This document shows, piece by piece, positions 56,431-64,000 of a stretch of DNA of 64,000 nucleotides. The position numbers and the translations under genes are program-made. The DNA lies in assembly GCA_951406725.2 (NCBI GenBank), contig OX597825.1, forward strand, positions 5,332,001-5,396,000, in the 5' to 3' direction. The DNA is from Octopus vulgaris. Lineage: Eukaryota. Each line of letters opens with the position of its first letter. The stretch's first letter is position 1. The notes beneath the pieces were generated by a model. That model did no database searches, had not been told where the DNA came from, and saw nothing but the letters and a program-made list of their open reading frames with translations.

Positions 56431-57429
56431 AATTAATATATGTATTTATTTGTCTGTCTGTGTGATTGCAAATGTAGGGAGCTCAAAATGCAGTTAGTAG
56501 TCGGCCTCGTAATCTGTGAACGGAGCTCAATTTTCCGTTGTAGTTATTCATTTTTTTTTTCTAGTGTCTTTTCAAATACTCACCCAAATGATGAAATATT
56601 AACGAGGCCTACGATATGCTAAAGAGGAGTATTGTTGCGGCGAAGATTCAACGCCATTTTTACTGTTTCAACACAATCTTTTAATGATAACATTCGTTGT
56701 CACATGTCGTGCGTCCTTAGAGGATGGGTGTAATCGCTTACGATTCGGTCAAATGCAAATTTGGTATCGCTGGGATTTGAACGTAGAGGGTCATAACTAA
56801 ATGACGTTGAGTATTAAGCGTGTCAAACGATCTACCACTTCTACCCAAACGTTCCTCGTGAACGTCCGCTTACTATAATAAACGATAACAATAAATCAAC
56901 CAGCCGACATTTGAAGTATGATGCGACAAGATAAATCCTAACATCGCCATTACTGGAGTTAAAAGATCAGATTAGGTTCTCCATCTGTCATTATAAATAA
57001 ACGACAGTTAGTAAGAAGTATACTACAAAAAAACAACATTCTACATGATGATTATCACTCGGTTACAATTAATGGACACAATTAATGGACACACACACAC
57101 ATACACACATATATATATATATACATAGATATATAGATGTATGTAAAAATTTCATATTTTTGCTATAAGGAGTCATTGTTCACAATACCATTTCCTTTCA
57201 GAAGCTAGCACCATAAAATAAAAGCCGTATTGTTAGAGTGCAACCAAACGTTCACGACAAGGATTTAAAACAAAGACAGACAATGACGTATTTAATAAGA
57301 AGAAGCAATTATCTCCTATTCACGAAGAAGATTGTCAATAACATACGACCACACCATTCCGTGTGTGAAGGCGAATCATATGCAACATGCTGTATCGACT
57401 AAATTCATGCGTATTATCTATTTATCTAT

Positions 57430-57536
<107 letters not shown>

Positions 57537-57612
57537 CATATACATATATATATATGTATGTATATATGTATGCATATGCATGTATATATGTATGCGTGTA
57601 TATGTATATGTA

Positions 57613-57664
<52 letters not shown>

Positions 57665-57765
57665 TATATATATGAATTTATAAAAATATGTATGTGTATC
57701 TGTATTTATATATATGTATAAATATATATATATATGTATTATGCATATGTGTGTATATCTATGTA

Positions 57766-57803
<38 letters not shown>

Positions 57804-58005
57804 CATATGTATGTGTCTATACATATATATATATATATGCATATACATATGCATGTGTGTGTATGTATGTATGCATAGTCACGTGATATAGCAAATTATC
57901 GGATGTTCTATATTGCTGTCATGATGCACTCTTGCATCGGTTACCTATATAAATGTGTGTGTGTGTGTGTGTCGCTGCAGTATAATGGCTAAAATAAAAG
58001 ATAAC

Positions 58006-58081
<76 letters not shown>

Positions 58082-58176
58082 GACAGACAATCAGATAATC
58101 TGTCTACCAGTTTTCTTATCTGTCTATCAATCTCTTATCTATCTGCCTATCCATCTATTCAACCATCTCTCCCTCC

Positions 58177-58239
<63 letters not shown>

Positions 58240-59007
58240 ATACACACACACACTCTGGGTCGTTGTCCTTTTTATTAGTACAAGTGTTCACTAATTGGGT
58301 TGCAGCCAGACTGGATGATCTCTTGCAAAGCTTGCAGCGGATTATATTGATCCCGGTGCATGGTCCAGAATTATTTTATTGATTTCCTAATGCATCATGG
58401 GAAAATTGACCTTGGACAACGGGAGATAAGCAGAACCAATCTACAGACACAAATACTACGAAGTAACTTCGTTTCTTCAAGACGCCACAGCGTTTTGTTC
58501 TTGCTGGTATATACGCGCGCGAGTGCATGTGCGCGCGTGTGGTTTAGATATGGATGTATATAGATATATGTATGTAAGTATATATAATTATGTGTATAAA
58601 TGTATATACGTATATATATATATATACGTATATATATATACATTTATACATACATGTATACATATATATATATATGCATATATATGAATCGATATATATA
58701 AATATATATATATGCTTATGTGTGTGTATGTGTGTATATGTATATATGTGTGTGTGTTTGTATATATATATATTTGTGCGTGTGTGTGTTTGTATACATA
58801 TATGTGTATGTGTGTGCGTGTGTGTATATGTGCGTGTATATACAAAGATTGATAGAGAGAGAGAGAGAGAGAGTTGTAGGATTCTGTAGAATCTCAGTAC
58901 ATCAACACCAAGCACTCCAAACATGGCTTTGTACAATAACACAGGGTTCACAGTGAGGTAAAACATCCTTGAATGTGTCAGGTGTTGGTACGATATTGTG
59001 AATACTA

Positions 59008-59228
59008 CAAGGCGGCGAGCTGGCAGAATCGTTAGCACGCCGGGCGAAATGCTTCGCAGTAGTTCGTCTGTCTTTACTTTCTGAGTTCAAATTCCGCCGA
59101 GGTCGACTTTGCCTTTCATCCTTTCGGTGTCCATAAATTAAGTGCCAGTTGCGTACTGGTGTTGATCTAATCGACTCGCCCCCGCTCCTCCAAAACTTCA
59201 GGCCTTGTGCCTAGAATAGAAAAGGATA
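59008..59228 (+). mobile_element. Full-length SINE A (tail-1)
   Basis: AAGGCGGCGAGCTGGCAGAATCGTTAG..GGCCTTGTGCCTAGAATAGAAA. Confidence 0.9.
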
Positions 59229-60744
59229 TTGTAGATATTTAAGTCCCAAACCCGTAAAACCGTAAATCCGACTCAGGGCTGGTTCTAGGTGTGGTTCACG
59301 TATGAAAGTAACACAAATGGAGTTTCAAATTCATTACAGCTGTTTCGGTAGAATTTTGTTGATATATGTGAGGTATATTTGCCATCTCAATATGGCTAAC
59401 CACTAATGGTGGATGTTACTGTAGCTTGTAGCCCCAGGAGAACATCGTCTCCAGCTGGCTATTGACACATTTTCTGTGCCCTATCGGTACTTGCAAAGGG
59501 AAGTCATCCTTCCCTCGTCAACCTAAGTTCTACCTCGTTATACCTCGTTCAGAGATTTATTGTTATTTGTTGATATATCCATAGATTAAATCTTAGCATA
59601 TAATTCACCATCTCCGGGTAAAATAATAAGCAGGTATACACAGATGAGATAGTGCTTTGATGATGACAAATCCAACCAACATATTTTGGATAGGTAGAAT
59701 TTTTAGAAAATAACATTCAAATTTATAGAGAAATTACGAATGTCTTTAACGGGCATACGAGAGACAAGGGAATCAAACGACTCGGTTATTTCTAGCACTC
59801 ATCTTGATTAGTTTGTAGTCAACGCTGACTATGAAATCGTAGAAGAAGCACAGATATACTTTTAGCAAAGAGGTGTCCTTAAGGTCATCAAAGGCCAGGC
59901 AGATATCTTCTCAGTTAAGTGAACGTCAGGACAGCAGAAAATCATAAAACTGTCATCGCCTTTTCAAACACGTTCACACACACACTTTATACATATACAC
60001 CCACACGCCCAGACCTACATCTATATGCTTGTATAAAATGCAGAGATATAAAAATAGTAGAATATAAAGAAAGGTATATAAAACAAATATAAGTAAGAAA
60101 GCGTAGGCGAATAACAGAATTAAGAGATCACAAACTGAATTATCAAATATTTCACTATTCATTGAATATAAAGCTTGCAAACAAATATAATGAGAATTCG
60201 TAACGAGGAACCCGATGACACAGGGTTACATATCAATAAAATATTTACAGATATCAATAATATTTAAGTGAAACGTATATACCTATGTTATAGTAAATTG
60301 ATATAATAAAAGCTAAGGAGTATTATTCGAAGCTTATTGGATAACTGGTTTAATGTATGGAAATGTGTTTCTAATATAATGCAAGTATTTCGCCCTAAGA
60401 TCAATAGACTTGTTAAGGACAATACCTGAACAGTTATATATTTCCCATAATTCAGTGCGGCAAAAGGGTGCATATGTACCTATCATTTAAATAGAGTAAT
60501 GCGTATCTTATCAAGCTTTATAATATCCGTTACTGCTGGTTCGGTGCCATTCCTTTTCGAATCAAATTTTGGAATAAATACCATGAAAACTGTATACATT
60601 TTCCTATGGTTTAATAGCGCAGTATGGTAAAAATGTGTGTGGAATAGCGCAGTGTGGGAAAATGTGTGTGGTAAAATGATCATTCGAGACCCGACAAAAA
60701 AAAAAAAAAAAGAACGGTGTAGTAGCTAGTGCCTTTGCGTAGAG

Positions 60745-60950
60745 GGAAATTTCAAATCTTGGCACAAGGCCAGCAAATTCTTGGAGCGAGTCAGTCGATT
60801 ACATTGACTCCAGTGCTTAACTGGTACTTATTTTATCGACCCCGGAAGGATAAAAGGCAAAGTCGACCTCTGCGGTATTTGAACTCAGAACGTAACGACG
60901 CTAAGTATTTCGCCCGGCTTGCTAACGATTCTGCCAGCTCAGCGCCTTTG
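60745..60950 (-). mobile_element. SINE A
   Basis: Reverse complement of the family A consensus. Confidence 0.85.
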
Positions 60951-61130
60951 CGTTGAGTGAAATGACCGATCCGGACCTCACAGCAAGAAGATTAAAATTT
61001 CTCGTTTTATTTGTGCAATATTACAGAAAATAACCACCGTTAATTCCTTCTGTGAATTCCTCTAGGTATAATGAGGCTACGAGCAATAAAATGGCTTATT
61101 TTCTCTTTTATTTATTATTTATTATTATTA

Positions 61131-61167
<37 letters not shown>

Positions 61168-61989
61168 GATAAGGCTAACATATTTGATATATATACATGA
61201 GTGTGAAAGTATCAACCGCTTAAACCCCTAACAAATTGTTTGTCTAGCTTTTAATTCCTACTGAAAATTCTTGACAAATTTACGCCGTCTACATTTTGTA
61301 AGGTTCAACGGAAGTTCATTCCGTTGATGTAAATATAATCACCAAGAAAAGCAAAAAGGAATTCTTTGATAACATGCAGGGCCCAGGTTATTGGGGCTTG
61401 GAATCTGATTAACTCCTTTTTTTAACCGACTGATAGCACCAGGAACTACCAACTTAATGCTCCCTTGGGGATACGGCGTGGATATCATGCTTTGTCTCCC
61501 CCACTCACTTTCATTCCACCTCACAAACTCTCTCTCTCTCTCTCTCTCCCTCTCGTTGCTTCTCACACTCCCTCTCTCATTCACATATATTTTTTGTTTT
61601 ATTTTGTTTTTTTTCTGTATAATTCGTCATGTGATCACTTTATCTATAACGGTCTCTATATTTCATTCGTTATCTCTGTCTTTCTTTATCACTCCCCACT
61701 TTCTCTCGCTATTTTTATGTTACTAAAGAAACATATATGCATGTATATATATATGCATCTATGTATATATATATATATATATATATACTTTTCTACTCTA
61801 GGCAAAGACCCGAAACTTTGAGGGAGGGGGCAGTCGATTAGATTGACTCAGTACGCAACTGGTACTTAAAACAAGCAGATTATTATATAGATGTAATTAC
61901 TTTGCCTCTTCTCCGTTTTATTTTTGCTTAGCCAAAATTGTCATACATATTCTGTAAGTTTTTCCCCCTTTTATTATTAATGCATTTCC

Positions 61990-63120
61990 AGGGCAACAGG
62001 CTGGCACAATCGTTAGCACGCCGGACAAAGTGCTTAGCAGAATTTCATTCGTCTCCACGTTCCGAGTTCCAATTTTGCTGCAATCGATTTTTGCCATTAA
62101 TCCGTTTGAGGTCGATAAAATAAGTATCGACTTACTCCCTCCCCGAACTTGCTGGTTTTAGACCAAAATTTGAAATCATTTCCAGAGCAACGAGCTAGTA
62201 GTAGAATCTTTAGCGCACCGGACAAAACGCCGCTAAGCATTTTCTCCGTCTCAGACGTTCTAAGTTCAAATTTCCCCTAGGTCGACTTTACTTTTCATCC
62301 TTTCGGGGTCAATGAAATACACAACAGTTTAACACAGGGCTCGACGTAACAGACTAACCCCTCCCACAAAACTTCAAGTTTTGTGTCTGTCTATAGTCTT
62401 TTACTATATTTCCGTTCGCCGTGTATGGCAAGTACCAGCAGCAACGCCCCAGATTCGTGAGCAGTTCTCCGATGTGGATCACATTCATGGCTTGTAAAAA
62501 CATCAGGAACATATCAGAGCTAAGTTATTTCCTAATCCTGAACGCGAAACCTAATCTTCCCATCCTTCATCTCACTCGCTTGCCCCTTGCCCCCCTCCTC
62601 TACTTTCCCCTTCCTTTTCCGCACATCGAACACATACAAGGAATGCATTAACATTCCGATAATTTCTTCTCACAGCTAAAGGATTACTAACATTTAAATA
62701 TGTGAAGGTGCCGGACCAATTACTAAACTGTATTTATTCTGGCTCTTTACTCACTGAGTTCGAATTCCAGTGTTGACTTTGCCTTTTTTTTTTCGGGTTA
62801 CATGAAATAACTATTATATGTGCACTGGGGTTATTGAAAATCGAATAGCCCCTCTTTCCCCAAAATTTCAGGCCTTGTTCCTTAAGTAGAAAGGGTATTT
62901 TTTAAGGCGGTGAGATGGCAAAAATCTTAGCACGCCGGGCATAAGGCTTAGCGGCATTTCGCCCGTCTTTATGTTTTGAGTCCAAACTCTTCCAAGGTCC
63001 ACTTTGCCTTTCGTCCTCTCGGGGTCTATAAAATAAGTACCAGTTGAATAGTAGGGTCGAGGTAATCGAATTATCCCCTCCCCTGAAATTGCTGGCGTTA
63101 TGCCAAAACTTAGAATCACA
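61990..63120 (+). mobile_element. Cluster of diverged SINE A copies
   Basis: Heads and cores near 61995, 62190, 62750 and 62905. Confidence 0.75.
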
Positions 63121-63244
63121 ATATTGTTGTTGTTGCTGTTGTTATTTTGGGTTTGCGTCGGCTCCTAAATGTTCACAGTCAAATGACTGACATAGGTAAA
63201 ATAATAGAAGAAGAATACGCAAAATATCTTTTTTTTATATATAT

Positions 63245-63632
63245 ATCAGGCTGAGTAAAAATTAAGCAACGTTTTGAAACATGAAATTCATCACAATTTC
63301 AACAAAGAGGAAATCTTATTCATGAATGTACCATTGCAATCAACACATTTTTGCCAACGAGTTACAAGTTTGTTTATTCCAGTAACACAAAAATCTGGAA
63401 TTCTAGAGCTGATGGACACTTTGAACGCACTCTCAGCATCGGTTTGGTTTTTGAACTCCTTCTCTCTCGCAGGAAACCATCAAGGGGCTTGAAAAAGTGG
63501 TTGTCGGTAGGAGAAAAATCTGGGAAATAATCTGGGTGGGGAACAACTTTGTAGCGAAGTTCTGGAGCATCATTAGTGAAACGTATGGTCGAGCATTGTC
63601 GTGAAAAAATGATTGTCCCGCTTCTGTAGCAG
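63245..63632 (-). mobile_element. Mariner transposase C-terminus and terminus
   Basis: IIFHDNARP..VVPHPDYFPDFSPTDNHFFKPLD..GINKLVTRWQKCVDCNG. Confidence 0.85.
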
Positions 63633-63638
63633 TTTTCG

Positions 63639-63692
<54 letters not shown>

Positions 63693-63693
<1 letters not shown>

Positions 63694-63890
63694 TTAATCC
63701 AAAGAAGAAAGCACAAAAAAGCACAACAATGCGAGGACGTGGAACAAATATAGTATTATTGGACGCTCAGAAAAGAAGGAAAGAAGGAGAGTTTAACGTT
63801 TCGAGCGGAGCTCTTCGTCGGAAACATAGGAGAAGGAAAGATCCAGAGAAGGGAAGACAGAGGAAAAAAAAATCGCCAACGGTACACACG
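63693..63890 (-). mobile_element. Short HHR-like element, family 2 (core at 63791-63825)
   Basis: Minus strand reads GUUU-CCGACGA-A-GAGC-UCC-GCUC-GAAA-CG-UU-AAAC; the 3' end abuts (TA)n. Confidence 0.75.
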
Positions 63891-64000
63891 TATGTGTGTG
63901 TGTGTGTGTGTGTGCGTGTGTGTATATATTTATATATATATATATATATGTCTGTGTTTGTGACACCACCACCACCATCATCACTTGACAACCGATGCTG

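Overview
This is eukaryotic, AT-rich, intronic or intergenic DNA packed with repeats. The SINE repertoire and microsatellite load resemble an octopus/cephalopod genome, which is an inference and was not checked against a database. No intact protein-coding gene was found; almost every listed ORF is a microsatellite or repeat artefact. The window holds dozens of (TA)n, (CATA)n, (GATA)n, (TG)n and (TAA)n arrays and at least three tRNA-derived SINE families. It also holds decayed Tc1/mariner and hAT elements and 3' fragments of L1/Tx1, R4/Dong and RTE LINEs. The main hidden signal is a set of short elements, most of them next to microsatellites, that carry minimal type-I hammerhead ribozyme (HHR) motifs and fold-back inverted termini typical of Penelope-like elements. 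One is a tRNA-headed SINE-like element with an HHR tail (39.5 kb, with tail-only copies at 54 kb). Two multi-copy families carry the same non-canonical HHR core in every clear copy (CCGACGA and CUGUYGA).
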